Of a stretch of DNA of 64,000 nucleotides, positions 38,727-48,690 are shown piece by piece; positions within the stretch are counted from its first letter, which is position 1, and each line of letters opens with the position of its first letter. Below the pieces are notes generated by a model. The model made no database searches, was not told the DNA's origin, and saw only the letters and a program-made list of their open reading frames with translations. The stretch comes from Pseudomonadota bacterium (GTDB taxonomy: Bacteria; Pseudomonadota; Alphaproteobacteria; Rhodobacterales; Rhodobacteraceae): positions 39,535-103,534 of the forward strand of contig JBCCZI010000003.1 of the NCBI GenBank assembly GCA_039187815.1. The letters run 5' to 3'. The position numbers and the translations under genes were made by a program.

Positions 38727-41180
38727 ATGGCATCGGACGTGATCAGCATTGGCATCGAGGGCATGCATTGCGCCGCCTGCTCTGGGCGGGCCGAGCGCGC
38801 GCTGGCCGATGTGCCAGGCGTTGCCCGCGCCTCGGTGAACTTGCTGACCCACCGGGCCGAGATCGAGTTGGCGGGCGCCACGGCGGATGCGGTGATCCAT
38901 GCGGTCGAGGCGGCGGGCTTCCAGGTGCCGACCGCCGAGGCGCAGATCGCCCTCACCGGACTGCAGTGTGCCGCGTGTGTCGCGCGGGTCGAGGCGCGGC
39001 TGCGGCGCATCCCAGGCATCGTCTCGGCCGAGGTCAATCTGGCCACGGAGCGGGCCCGGATCCAATGGACCGGTGCGCGACCCACGCGGTCGATCCTCGA
39101 GATGGCTCTGGGCGAAATCGGCTTTGGCCTCGGCGCCGATGTGGGCGAGGATCGGACACCAGCGACCGCTGAGCCGGACTGGCTCGGCCGCGATGTGTTA
39201 TTGGCCGCGGGGCTCAGCCTGCCCGTCGTGGCGCTCGAGATGGGTGGCCATCTGATCCCGGGCCTCGCGCTCTGGGTCGAGCAGAGCCTCGGGCAAACCA
39301 CCAACTGGCTGGTGCAAGGGGTGCTGACGAGCCTGGTCCTGCTCGGCCCGGGACGGCGGTTCTTCACGACCGGCGTGCCGGCGCTCTGGCGCGGGGCGCC
39401 GGACATGAACGCTCTGGTCGCGCTCGGCACGCTGGCCGCCTGGGGGTTCTCGACGGTGGTCCTGCTCACACCAGGGCTCCTGCCAGCCGCGGCCCGCGCG
39501 GTCTATTTCGAAGCGGCGGCGGTGATCGTGACGCTGATCCTGCTCGGGCGGTGGCTCGAGGCCCGCGCCCGCGCCCGAACAGGCGAGGCGGTGCGGCGCC
39601 TGATCGGCCTCGCGCCCAGCACCGCACGGGTGCTGCGCGGCGGCGCCGAGATCGAGACCCCGGTCAGCGCCCTGATCCCGGGCGACCAGGTCCGCGTGCG
39701 CCCGGGTGAACGCCTGCCCGTCGACGGCGTGCTGCTCGAGGGCCGCTCCTTCATCGACCAATCCATGCTCACCGGCGAGCCGCTGCCGCTGGAGGCTGCT
39801 CCGGGCCAGAGGCTGGTCGGCGGAACGGTGAACGGGGCGGGCGCGCTGACGCTGCGGGCGACCCGGGTGGGCGCAGACACCGTGCTCGCCCAGATCGTGC
39901 GGATGGTCGAGGCCGCCCAGGCCACCAAGCTGCCGATCCAGGCCGTCGTCGACCGGGTCACCGCCTGGTTCGTGCCCGCCGTGCTGGCCGTGGCCATGCT
40001 GACGGTGCTGACCTGGCTGGCGCTGGGACCGGCGCCGGCCGTGCCCGCCGCCCTGACCGCCGGTGTGGCGGTACTGATCATCGCCTGCCCCTGCGCCATG
40101 GGGCTGGCGACACCGACTTCGATCCTGGTCGGGACGGGGCGCGGGGCCGAGCTCGGCGTGCTGTTCCGCGGCGGCGATGCGCTGCAGGCGCTCGGCCAGG
40201 TCGACGTGGTGGCCTTTGACAAGACCGGCACGTTGACCGAGGGACGCCCGGTGCTCACCGATCTCGTGACGCTGGACGGCGTTGCGGAGAACGCCCTGCT
40301 GACCGCCATCGCCGCGGTCGAGGCCCGCTCGGAGCATCCGATCGCCCGCGCTGTGGTGGCCGAGGCCGTGCGGCGCGGCCTGGAGTGGCCTGAGGCGGAG
40401 GCGGTCGAGAGCCTGCCCGGCATCGGGGTTCGCGGTCGGGCCGCGGGGCGCCGGGTTCTGGTCGGATCGGCGCGGCTGCTCGAGCGTGAGGGGCTCACGG
40501 TCGATCCGGCCTTGGCCGCGCGCTTTGGAGCCGCCGGCAAGACCCCGCTCTTTGCGGCCATCGACGGGACGGCGGTGGGTGCCATTGCGGTCGCCGATCC
40601 AGTCCGGCCCGAAACCGCCACCGCCCTCGCCGAACTCCGCGCTCTTGGGGTCGAAATCGCCATGATCTCGGGCGACACCCAGGCGACAGCCGCTGCGATC
40701 GGCGCCGAGCTCGGCATCGACCGGGTGGTCGCCGAGGTGCTCCCCGCCGGCAAGGTGGCCGCGCTCGCATCGTTGCGCGAGGGCGGCCGGCGCGTGGCTT
40801 TTGTCGGCGACGGCATCAACGACGCCCCAGCCCTGGCAGCGGCGGATGTGGGCATCGCCGTTGGCACGGGCACCGACATCGCCATCGACAGTGCCGATGT
40901 GGTGCTGATGTCCGGCGCACCCACAGGGGTTGCGCGCGCCATCGCCCTCAGCCGCGCCACCATGGGCAACATCCGGCAGAACCTGGCCTGGGCCTTTGGC
41001 TACAACACCGCTCTGATCCCGGTGGCCGCCGGAGCGCTAGCGCCCTTTGGCGGGCCGATGCTCTCGCCGATGCTGGCGGCGGCGGCCATGGCGCTCTCGA
41101 GCGTCTTTGTGGTCGGCAACGCGCTCCGGCTGCGCCGTTTCGCACCAGCGCCGCGGCGCGTGGCAGGGAGGCAGCCATGA
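38727..41180 (+). CDS. copA: Cu(I)-translocating P1B-type ATPase
   Basis: Two HMA domains (GMHCAAC, GLQCAAC), TGEP, CPC, DKTGT, SEHP, GDGIND, YN, MALSS. Confidence 0.95.
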   Translation: MASDVISIGIEGMHCAACSGRAERALADVPGVARASVNLLTHRAEIELAGATADAVIHAVEAAGFQVPTAEAQIALTGLQCAACVARVEARLRRIPGIVSAEVNLATERARIQWTGARPTRSILEMALGEIGFGLGADVGEDRTPATAEPDWLGRDVLLAAGLSLPVVALEMGGHLIPGLALWVEQSLGQTTNWLVQGVLTSLVLLGPGRRFFTTGVPALWRGAPDMNALVALGTLAAWGFSTVVLLTPGLLPAAARAVYFEAAAVIVTLILLGRWLEARARARTGEAVRRLIGLAPSTARVLRGGAEIETPVSALIPGDQVRVRPGERLPVDGVLLEGRSFIDQSMLTGEPLPLEAAPGQRLVGGTVNGAGALTLRATRVGADTVLAQIVRMVEAAQATKLPIQAVVDRVTAWFVPAVLAVAMLTVLTWLALGPAPAVPAALTAGVAVLIIACPCAMGLATPTSILVGTGRGAELGVLFRGGDALQALGQVDVVAFDKTGTLTEGRPVLTDLVTLDGVAENALLTAIAAVEARSEHPIARAVVAEAVRRGLEWPEAEAVESLPGIGVRGRAAGRRVLVGSARLLEREGLTVDPALAARFGAAGKTPLFAAIDGTAVGAIAVADPVRPETATALAELRALGVEIAMISGDTQATAAAIGAELGIDRVVAEVLPAGKVAALASLREGGRRVAFVGDGINDAPALAAADVGIAVGTGTDIAIDSADVVLMSGAPTGVARAIALSRATMGNIRQNLAWAFGYNTALIPVAAGALAPFGGPMLSPMLAAAAMALSSVFVVGNALRLRRFAPAPRRVAGRQP

Positions 41181-41572
41181 ACATCGGCGAGGTGGCGGAG
41201 CGCTGCGGCCTGCCCGCCAAGACGATCCGGTACTATGAGGATATCGGCCTGGTGCGCCCGGCGCGGAGCGAGAACGGTTATCGCAGCTTTGCCGAGCGCG
41301 ATGTGCACAAGCTAACCTTCCTGTCGCGCGCGCGCTCGTTGGGGTTCAGCATCGAGGACTGCCGGGCGCTGCTCGAGCTCTACGAGGACCGCTCGCGCGC
41401 CAGTGCGGATGTCAAGCGCGTGGCCGAGCAGCATCTCGCACGCATCCAGGCCAAGATCGCCGAGCTCGAAGCGATGCAGGGCACGCTGGCTGATCTGGTG
41501 ACCCGCTGCCACGGGGACGACCGGCCCGATTGCCCGATCCTGGAGGGGCTGGCGCGCCAGCGCGAGGCCTAG
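41177..41572 (+). CDS. cueR: Cu(I)-responsive MerR regulator
   Basis: [30 protein letters not shown]. Confidence 0.95.
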   Translation: MNIGEVAERCGLPAKTIRYYEDIGLVRPARSENGYRSFAERDVHKLTFLSRARSLGFSIEDCRALLELYEDRSRASADVKRVAEQHLARIQAKIAELEAMQGTLADLVTRCHGDDRPDCPILEGLARQREA

Positions 41573-42102
41573 TCGGGCGCGGGCTCGCCCCGCCAAAAGG
41601 CCCCGGCCCCCGGATGCACTGTCAGCGCTCCGGGTCCGGGCGCCTCGGCCATGCCGGCATGGGAGAGCGCATCGACCACCTGCCACGCATGCGCGGGCGG
41701 CAGATCCGGCACCGCGACCAGCCCATACTCTCCGCCGAGCGCCGCGAGCCGGACGAGCGGCACCGGCGGATCGGCCTCGAATGGCGCGACCGCCCAGACC
41801 ATGGCTTGCGCCTCGGCCGCCGAGAGCACCGCCACCAGCAATTGGCCCGTGCCCATCAGCGCCGCAATGCGCCGCGGGTGGGGGCCGCGGGCGACCCGCG
41901 CCCGGGCGGCCGGCAGTTCCCGCTCCAAGGCCGCAACCACCGCCTTGGCCAGGGTGTAGGTCTGCGGATCTCCCCGGTGCGCCCCGATCAACAGGTGCTT
42001 TTGGCGATAGACGACCCACTGGCCATAGGGCGTGTGCGCCGGAGCCGTCCCGGCAAGGCCCGCGGATGCGAGCCCCGCCAGAACCGCGCGTCTAGTCGGC
42101 AT
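41569..42102 (-). CDS. Tat-exported hypothetical protein
   Basis: MPTRRAVLAG twin-arginine signal ending APA-H; TPYGQWVVYRQKHLLIG; overlaps the upstream amidase stop by 11 nt. Confidence 0.7.
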   Translation of the reverse strand: MPTRRAVLAGLASAGLAGTAPAHTPYGQWVVYRQKHLLIGAHRGDPQTYTLAKAVVAALERELPAARARVARGPHPRRIAALMGTGQLLVAVLSAAEAQAMVWAVAPFEADPPVPLVRLAALGGEYGLVAVPDLPPAHAWQVVDALSHAGMAEAPGPGALTVHPGAGAFWRGEPAPD

Positions 42103-43351
42103 CGTCGACGAATACGTCCTTGTTCAGCACCGCGGTGACCACATAATTCGGCACGTCGACCACTTGGCCGATGCGCAGATCGACGGCCACGCTCGCCAGG
42201 ATATAGGCCTGCTCGCGCGTCAGCCCGTGCACCCGCTGGATGTGGTCGATCATCGCCCGCAAGGCATGCCGCGCCGCCAGGGTCAGATCCTCGGAGAGGT
42301 TCGAGAGCCCCGCGATCGGCGCGCTGTCGAGATAGCTGTGATAGATCGGCACCTCGCCCGCATCCTTGAGCGGATAGCCAATCGTCTGGTGGAAGCTCGA
42401 GGGCTCCATGTTCTTGATCTGCGCCCCGCCCTCGACCTGCGGGCTGGTGATGGCGCTGCCGAGGCCCTTGCGGATCTCGGTGGTCACCGTGACCACGGCG
42501 CCGGTCTCGATGGCGGTGCCCGAGACCTCGCCATCGCCCTGGGCATAGTGCACATCGCCGATGAACAGCCCGCAGCCATCGACAAAGCAGGGGATCAGCA
42601 GCGTTGTGCCGACCTGCATCTGCTGGACGTCCATGTTGCCGCCGTTCTCGCGCGGCGGCACCGTGCGCAGACAGGTGTCGGCATGGCTGCCGTCCTTGCC
42701 GCAGACCGCGGCGGGAAGGGCGCCCGTGGGCTCGGGCGGCAGGGCGATGCCGCCGACCGCCGCCAGCTCCGCCTCCCGCGCGAGCCAGGCGGCCACCTCC
42801 GGCTCGCCCGGCATGGTGCCGATGGCGCCGGTGAAGGCCTCGTAGGGCACCGCGATCCCCGGCATGGCATCCGAGCGCGCATGGGTGCGGTCGAGCTTCC
42901 AGCCGACGAAATAGGGCTCGGTGAACTCGTCGCGCAAAAAGCCGAAGCCCGGGACGATCACTGTATAGCCGAACTCGTCCGGCGCGATGTCGACGATGGT
43001 GATGGCCAGCACATCGCCGCGCTCGGCACCCTCGATCGAGACCGGCCCCTGCATCGGGTGCACGCCCGAGAGATCGAGCGCGGCCACATCATCGGCGTTC
43101 GAATCGAGCGTGAGGTCGCTGTCGAGCGCGTCGCGCGTGTGGAACACGATGTAGTCCCCCGGGCTCGCCGCCGCGACCGAGGGGATCTCCGGGTGATAGC
43201 GGTTGAAGCAATTGGGATCATCGGCACAAAACGCGCCCTGCTTGTCGATCACGATCCGGGTCTGCCAGGTGACGTCGGTGGTGTCGGCCATCGCGCCGGC
43301 GGCCAGGCTGATCAGCCCGGCGGCGGCGGTGGCACAGCGCAGGTGTCGCAT
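42092..43351 (-). CDS. Acetamidase/formamidase-family protein with Sec signal peptide
   Basis: Signal ending AMA-D; NRYHP, GDVLAITI, PPRENGGNMD, FIGDVHYAQGDGEVSGTAIE, AY.L.S. Confidence 0.85.
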   Translation of the reverse strand: MRHLRCATAAAGLISLAAGAMADTTDVTWQTRIVIDKQGAFCADDPNCFNRYHPEIPSVAAASPGDYIVFHTRDALDSDLTLDSNADDVAALDLSGVHPMQGPVSIEGAERGDVLAITIVDIAPDEFGYTVIVPGFGFLRDEFTEPYFVGWKLDRTHARSDAMPGIAVPYEAFTGAIGTMPGEPEVAAWLAREAELAAVGGIALPPEPTGALPAAVCGKDGSHADTCLRTVPPRENGGNMDVQQMQVGTTLLIPCFVDGCGLFIGDVHYAQGDGEVSGTAIETGAVVTVTTEIRKGLGSAITSPQVEGGAQIKNMEPSSFHQTIGYPLKDAGEVPIYHSYLDSAPIAGLSNLSEDLTLAARHALRAMIDHIQRVHGLTREQAYILASVAVDLRIGQVVDVPNYVVTAVLNKDVFVDDAD

Positions 43352-43469
43352 GGGCGGCCTCCTCTGTTGCGAATTGCATCATCCGCCAGGCACGCGCGCC
43401 AAGGCAAGCGCTTCCTCGCGCAGTGGCCATACCCGAACCAGGGGGACCGGTCCGGGTATGGCCCTGACC

Positions 43470-43790
43470 TCAGTGTGAGATCATCCAGGGCCGGCTGCCT
43501 GGCGTGCTCTTTGTGCCGTTCGCCGCGACGCGGGTCTTGCCGCGGCGGATCCGGCCACCGCTCTCGAACCCATGGGTGCGGGTCGATTTCGGCTCGTGCG
43601 CCGCCCGCTCATTGGTTTCGTGCGCATGGCGGACCCGGCTGTCGAGCACGCCCAGCCGCGGCATCGACAGCAGGACCCGGGCCGAGGCCGTCCCGCACAC
43701 AGGGCACGGGCACGGATCGGCATAGGCGGTCATCGGCTGGATCGCCTCGAACGCGCCATGGGTCTCGCAGATATACTCATAGACCGGCAT
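43470..43790 (-). CDS. fmdB: FmdB-family zinc-ribbon protein
   Basis: MPVYEYIC..HG.FE..CPCPVCG. Confidence 0.85.
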   Translation of the reverse strand: MPVYEYICETHGAFEAIQPMTAYADPCPCPVCGTASARVLLSMPRLGVLDSRVRHAHETNERAAHEPKSTRTHGFESGGRIRRGKTRVAANGTKSTPGSRPWMISH

Positions 43791-43793
43791 GGC

Positions 43794-45053
43794 TCAGAGA
43801 TCCGGCGAGACCGGCACCGTCACCGATCCGTCGACGAATTTCGTCGGCCCGTCGGGGTTCGGCAGCAGGTCGTATTCAAAGATATCCGTCGGCAGCCACA
43901 GCGTCGCACAGGCATTGGGATAGTCGACGATGCCCGAGACATGGCCTTGCACCGGAGCCGTGCCGAGGATTGCCAGCCCCTGCTCGCGCGAGTAGCCGAA
44001 TTTGGTCATGTACTCGATCGCGTTCAGGCAGGCCTGGCGATAGGCTTCGGTCATGTCGACATAGTGCTGCTTGCCGGCATCATCGACCGAGATGCCCTCG
44101 AAGATGATGTAGTCGTCGTACTTCGGCGTGGTCACCGAGGGTTTGAACATCGGGTTCTTGACGCCGTATTTGGCGATGCCGTCTTTGATCAGGCTGACCT
44201 TGACGTGCAGCCAGCTGGCCATCTCGATGCCGCCGCAGAAGGTGATCTCGCCGTCGCCCTGGCTGAAATGCGTGTCGCCCATCGAGAGACCGCCGCCCGG
44301 CACATAGACCGGGAAGTAGCAAACCGAGCCACGCGACAAATCCTTGATGTCGCAGTTGCCGCCGTTCTCGCGCGGAGGCAGCGTGCGGGCGGCCTCGGCC
44401 GCGGCGGCATCGCGCGCCTCGCCGGTCATCTTGCCCATATGCGCGGCCTGGGTGTTCGGCAGCTCGGCCAGTGCGGGCACGCGGGTCGGGTTGGTGTCGA
44501 ACAGCGCCTTTTCACGCGTGTTCCAGGCGTCCAGCATCTTGCGGTCGGGCAGACAGCCGATCAGGCCCGGGTGGATCAGCCCGGCAAAGCGCACCCCCGG
44601 CACATGGCGCGAGGTCGTGAACATGCCCTTGAAGTCCCAGATCGTTTTCTGCGCCTCGGGGAACTGCTCCTGCAGGAAGCCGCCGCCGTTGTTCTTGGAG
44701 AACACGCCGTTGAAGCCCCAGAGGCTGCGGTTGAGCGGGCCCACATCCAAAAGCTCTACGACCATGAGATCGCCCGGCTCCGCGCCCTTCACGCCGATCG
44801 GACCCGAGAGGTAGTGCACCTGCGGCAGCTCCACATCGCGCACATCAGAGGCGTCGTCGTTGTTGGCGATCTGGCTGCCGGTCCAGTCGTAGGCCTCGAC
44901 CACGAAATCATCGCCCGGCTCGACCCAGGTCACAATCGGGATATCCGGATGCCAGCGGTTGTGGATCATCGGGTTGTTGTGGGGGCTGTCCTCCAGATCG
45001 ACAGAGATCAGCGTGTTGGACGGCGTCGTATAGTGTGGTGCGGTATCGGGCAT
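43794..45053 (-). CDS. fmdA: Formamidase (FmdA/AmdA family)
   Basis: HNRWHPDIP, HYLSGPIGV, IHPGLIGCLP, PPRENGGNCDIKDL, GDTHFSQGDGEITFCGGIEM. Confidence 0.92.
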   Translation of the reverse strand: MPDTAPHYTTPSNTLISVDLEDSPHNNPMIHNRWHPDIPIVTWVEPGDDFVVEAYDWTGSQIANNDDASDVRDVELPQVHYLSGPIGVKGAEPGDLMVVELLDVGPLNRSLWGFNGVFSKNNGGGFLQEQFPEAQKTIWDFKGMFTTSRHVPGVRFAGLIHPGLIGCLPDRKMLDAWNTREKALFDTNPTRVPALAELPNTQAAHMGKMTGEARDAAAAEAARTLPPRENGGNCDIKDLSRGSVCYFPVYVPGGGLSMGDTHFSQGDGEITFCGGIEMASWLHVKVSLIKDGIAKYGVKNPMFKPSVTTPKYDDYIIFEGISVDDAGKQHYVDMTEAYRQACLNAIEYMTKFGYSREQGLAILGTAPVQGHVSGIVDYPNACATLWLPTDIFEYDLLPNPDGPTKFVDGSVTVPVSPDL

Positions 45054-45079
45054 AAGTGCCTCCTCTGCTGGTTTTTTGG

Positions 45080-45769
45080 TTAGACGGACAGGAATTTGGT
45101 GACGCGGGCCTCGTCGATGCCGTCCCGCGGGCTCTCGAAGACAAAGCTGCCGTTCTCGATCACCACCACCCGGTCGGCGACGTCGAGGGCAAAGCTGAGG
45201 ACCTGTTCCGAGACCACGATCGAGAGGCCCCGGTCGTCGCGGATGCGCTTCAGCGTGCGGGCCATCTCGCGGATGATCGAGGGCTGGATGCCCTCGGTCG
45301 GCTCGTCGAGCAGCAGCACCTTGGGCTGGGCCGCCAAGGCGCGGGCGATCGCCAGCTGCTGCTGCTGCCCGCCCGAGAGATTGCCGCCCCGGCGATGCTT
45401 CATCTCGAGCAGCACGGGGAAGAGCTCATAGATCTCGCCCGGCACCTCGCGCTCGCCGGTGACGGTGAGGCCGGTCTCGACATTCTCCTCGACGGTCATG
45501 GTCGAGAAGATGCCGCGGCCCTGGGGCACATAGGCGATGCCCGAGGCCACCCGGCTGTGGCTCTTCATGCGGGTGATCTCGGTCTCGCCGATGCGGACCT
45601 GGCCCTCACGCGAGGGGATCACCCCCATCAGCGATTTCATCAGCGTGGTCTTGCCCATGCCGTTGCGGCCCATGATGGCGACGATCTCGCCCGGGGCGAC
45701 GCTGAGATCGAGCCCGTGCAGGATCTCGGACTGGCCATAGGCGACGCGGAGTTGGCTCACGTTCAGCAT
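45080..45769 (-). CDS. urtE: Urea/amide ABC ATPase UrtE
   Basis: GRNGMGKTT, YVPQGR, LSGGQQQQLAIAR, LDEPTEGIQPS. Confidence 0.92.
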   Translation of the reverse strand: MLNVSQLRVAYGQSEILHGLDLSVAPGEIVAIMGRNGMGKTTLMKSLMGVIPSREGQVRIGETEITRMKSHSRVASGIAYVPQGRGIFSTMTVEENVETGLTVTGEREVPGEIYELFPVLLEMKHRRGGNLSGGQQQQLAIARALAAQPKVLLLDEPTEGIQPSIIREMARTLKRIRDDRGLSIVVSEQVLSFALDVADRVVVIENGSFVFESPRDGIDEARVTKFLSV

Positions 45770-45776
45770 GGGATCC

Positions 45777-46535
45777 TCAATGTCCGAGATAGACTTCGAC
45801 CACCTTGGGGTCGGCCTGGACCTTGGCCATCGAGCCCTGGGCCAGGATCTTGCCCTGGTGCAGCACGATGACCTTGTGGGCGATGTCCTCGACGAACTTC
45901 ATGTCGTGCTCGATGACCAGCACGCTTCGGTTCTTGATGATGCGGTTGAGCAGCTCGGCGGTCTTTTTGCGCTCGGCGACCGACATGCCAGCCACGGGTT
46001 CGTCCAGCATCAAAAGCTCGGGGTCCTGGATCAGCAGCATGCCGATCTCGAGCCATTGCTTCTGTCCGTGGCTCAGCACCGCGGCCTTGGTGCCGAGCAT
46101 ATCGGCCAGGAAGATCGTCTCGGCGATCTCCTCGATGCGCGCGACCACCTCGACCGAGCGCTTGAACGCCAGGCTGCCGAACACCGAATAGCCGGTGGGG
46201 TAGCTCAGCTCGAGGTTCTCAAAGACCGTCAGATCCTCGTAGATCGAGGGGTTCTGGAACTTTCGTCCGATGCCCGCATGGACAATCTGGTCCTCGCGCA
46301 TCGACAGGATCTCGCGATCCTTGAACTTGACCGAGCCGTTGGTGGACTTGGTCCGCCCGCAGATCAGGTCGAGCACGGTGGTCTTGCCGGCCCCATTGGG
46401 GCCGATGATGACCATGATCTCGTCCTTGTCGACATAGAAGGACAGATCATCCACCGCCTTGAAGCCGTCGAAGGACACGGTCAGTCCTTCGACCGCGAGC
46501 AGATAGTCGGTGTGGGTCATGGCTTTGGCGTTCAT
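45777..46535 (-). CDS. urtD: Urea/amide ABC ATPase UrtD
   Basis: GPNGAGKTT, GRKFQNP, LSHGQKQWLEIGM, LDEPVAGM; start may be 46544. Confidence 0.92.
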   Translation of the reverse strand: MNAKAMTHTDYLLAVEGLTVSFDGFKAVDDLSFYVDKDEIMVIIGPNGAGKTTVLDLICGRTKSTNGSVKFKDREILSMREDQIVHAGIGRKFQNPSIYEDLTVFENLELSYPTGYSVFGSLAFKRSVEVVARIEEIAETIFLADMLGTKAAVLSHGQKQWLEIGMLLIQDPELLMLDEPVAGMSVAERKKTAELLNRIIKNRSVLVIEHDMKFVEDIAHKVIVLHQGKILAQGSMAKVQADPKVVEVYLGH

Positions 46536-46540
46536 GGCCC

Positions 46541-47686
46541 TCACTCCGCTGGGGCGCCGGCAGGCAGGCCGACCCCGGCCTCGCGCCCACGCTGGCGGTT
46601 CAGAAGATTGACGATCGGCCGCTTGACCCAGTCGTCATAGATCCCGGCCAACCCGTTCGGGAACACCAGCACCACGGCGATGAAAAGCCCGCCGAGGCCG
46701 AGCAGCCAGAGCTCGGGGAAGCTTTCGGAGAATGTGGTCTTGGCCCAGTTCACCAACAGCGCGCCATAGACCGCGCCGAGGATCGAGTGCCGCCCGCCGA
46801 CCGCGCAGAAGATCACCATCTCGATCGAGGGCACGATGCCGATCAGCGTCGGCGACATGAACCCGACTTGGAGCGTGAACATCGCCCCGCCCACAGCCGC
46901 CATGGCCGCGCCGAGACAGAAGACAAAGACCTTGAACGAGGCGACGTCATAGCCCGAGAAGCGCACCCGCTCCTCCTGGTCGCGCATGGCGATCAGGACG
47001 CGGCCGAGCTTGGAGCGCCGCACATATTGCGCCAGGAACAGGCAGCCGAACAGCAGCACCCCGTTGACGAAATAGAGCGTGGTCTTCGCCTCGTCGGTGC
47101 GGATGTCCCAGCCGAGCAGCGTGCGCAGATCGGTCATCCCGTTGATGCCGCCGGTATAGCCCTGCTGCCCGATGATCAGGATCGTCAGCACCGACACCAA
47201 CGCCTGGGTGATGATGGCAAAGTAGACCCCGCCCACACGCCGCCGGAACATCGCGTAGCCGACGACAAAGGCCAGCGCCGAGGGCACGATCAGCACCGCC
47301 AGCAGCGCCAGCGGCAGGTAGTTGAACGGCTCCCACCACCACGGCAGCGCCGTGAGCTGGTTCCAGTCCATGAAGTCCGGGATGCCCGGGGTCGACTGGA
47401 TCGAGGTGTTCTCGGGCGTCGAGGCCTCGAGCTTCAGGAACATCGCCATGCAATAGCCGCCGAGCCCGAAGAAGATCCCCTGGCCGAGCGAGAGGATCCC
47501 GCCCGCGCCCCAGCAGAGCACGAGCCCCACCGCGACGAAGGCATAGGTCAGGTACTTGCCGAACAGGTTCAGCCGGAAGCTGTCCAGCCCCATCGGCAGG
47601 GCAACAAAGATGATGCCGGCCAGGATGGCGAAACCGATCATCTCGGCCGGCGTCAGGAATGGGTTTTTCGAGTGGGTCAACTGCAT
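46541..47686 (-). CDS. urtC: Urea/amide ABC permease UrtC
   Basis: GILSLGQGIFFGLGGY, STPGIPDFMDWN, GVYFAIITQA, PSIEMVI. Confidence 0.92.
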   Translation of the reverse strand: MQLTHSKNPFLTPAEMIGFAILAGIIFVALPMGLDSFRLNLFGKYLTYAFVAVGLVLCWGAGGILSLGQGIFFGLGGYCMAMFLKLEASTPENTSIQSTPGIPDFMDWNQLTALPWWWEPFNYLPLALLAVLIVPSALAFVVGYAMFRRRVGGVYFAIITQALVSVLTILIIGQQGYTGGINGMTDLRTLLGWDIRTDEAKTTLYFVNGVLLFGCLFLAQYVRRSKLGRVLIAMRDQEERVRFSGYDVASFKVFVFCLGAAMAAVGGAMFTLQVGFMSPTLIGIVPSIEMVIFCAVGGRHSILGAVYGALLVNWAKTTFSESFPELWLLGLGGLFIAVVLVFPNGLAGIYDDWVKRPIVNLLNRQRGREAGVGLPAGAPAE

Positions 47687-47696
47687 CTCTCAGGCC

Positions 47697-48623
47697 TCAC
47701 TTGCGAACCTTGAAGGCGAACAGGCCCTGGGGACGGAGCATCAGGATGCCGATCACGCTCAGCAGCACGAAGACCTTGGCCATCGAGCCTGAGAGGAAGA
47801 ACTCGAGGATCGATTGGGACTGGGAGATCGTGAACGCCGAAGCGATGGTGCCGAGCAGACTGGTCGCGCCGCCGAAGACCACCACGAGGAAGGTGTCGAC
47901 GATATAGAGCTGGCCCGCCGTCGGTCCGGTCGAGCCGATCATGGTAAAGGCCGAGCCCGCAACGCCCGCAACCCCGCAGCCGATGCCAAAGGTCAGGCGA
48001 TCCGTCCACTCGGTGTTGATGCCTACGGCGCCCGCCATCTGGCGGTTCGAGACCACAGCCCGCACCTGCTTGCCCCAGGTCGAGCGGAACAGCATCACAT
48101 AGACCGCAACAAAGATCGTGACCGCCAGGATCATCACAAAGAGCCCGTTGATCGGGATCTCGATGAGATCGGTGATGGGGATCGACCCCAACATCCAATC
48201 GGGCACCGAGACTCCGACCTCACGCGCTCCGAAGGTCGAACGATAGATCTGCTGCAGGATCAGCGAGAGACCCCAGGTGGCCAAGAGCGTATCGAGCGGA
48301 CGTTTGTAGAGATGGCGTATCAACCCCCACTCCACCGCCATGCCGAGCGCTCCCGACGTGATGAACGCGAGGATCATCGCCACGAAGAAATACCCGCCAT
48401 AGAGGGCGGGCATGTAGCCTTCGAACACGATCGAGCAGAGATAGGTGACATAGGCGCCGAGGATCATGAACTCCCCATGCGCCATGTTGATCACGCCCAT
48501 CTGGCCAAAGATGATCGCCAGGCCCAGCGCCATCAGGACGAATACCGAAAACAGGATCAGGCCGGCGAAGCCCTGCATCGCCGCAATCGCGCCGAGCTCG
48601 CCCCAGGTGTAGCCGTCGAACAT
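47697..48623 (-). CDS. urtB: Urea/amide ABC permease UrtB
   Basis: GLAIIFGQMGVINMAHGEF, RPLDTLLATWG, VDTFLVVVFGG. Confidence 0.92.
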   Translation of the reverse strand: MFDGYTWGELGAIAAMQGFAGLILFSVFVLMALGLAIIFGQMGVINMAHGEFMILGAYVTYLCSIVFEGYMPALYGGYFFVAMILAFITSGALGMAVEWGLIRHLYKRPLDTLLATWGLSLILQQIYRSTFGAREVGVSVPDWMLGSIPITDLIEIPINGLFVMILAVTIFVAVYVMLFRSTWGKQVRAVVSNRQMAGAVGINTEWTDRLTFGIGCGVAGVAGSAFTMIGSTGPTAGQLYIVDTFLVVVFGGATSLLGTIASAFTISQSQSILEFFLSGSMAKVFVLLSVIGILMLRPQGLFAFKVRK

Positions 48624-48644
48624 GCAAGAGCCCCGTCGCTCGAG

Positions 48645-48682
48645 AAAAAGGGGCCGGCCCGCGCGCCCAGACGCGGGCCGGC
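48645..48682 (-). terminator. Intrinsic terminator/stabilising hairpin between urtA and urtB
   Basis: 11-bp stem GCCGGCCCGCG/CGCGGGCCGGC followed by CCCTTTTT on the minus strand. Confidence 0.7.
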
Positions 48683-48690
48683 AGGCGCGC

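Noticed and set aside
38627-41572. copA-cueR as a functional partner of the nitrogen modules
   Set aside because: Standard self-contained CueR regulon with a canonical operator; no sequence evidence links it to neighbours.
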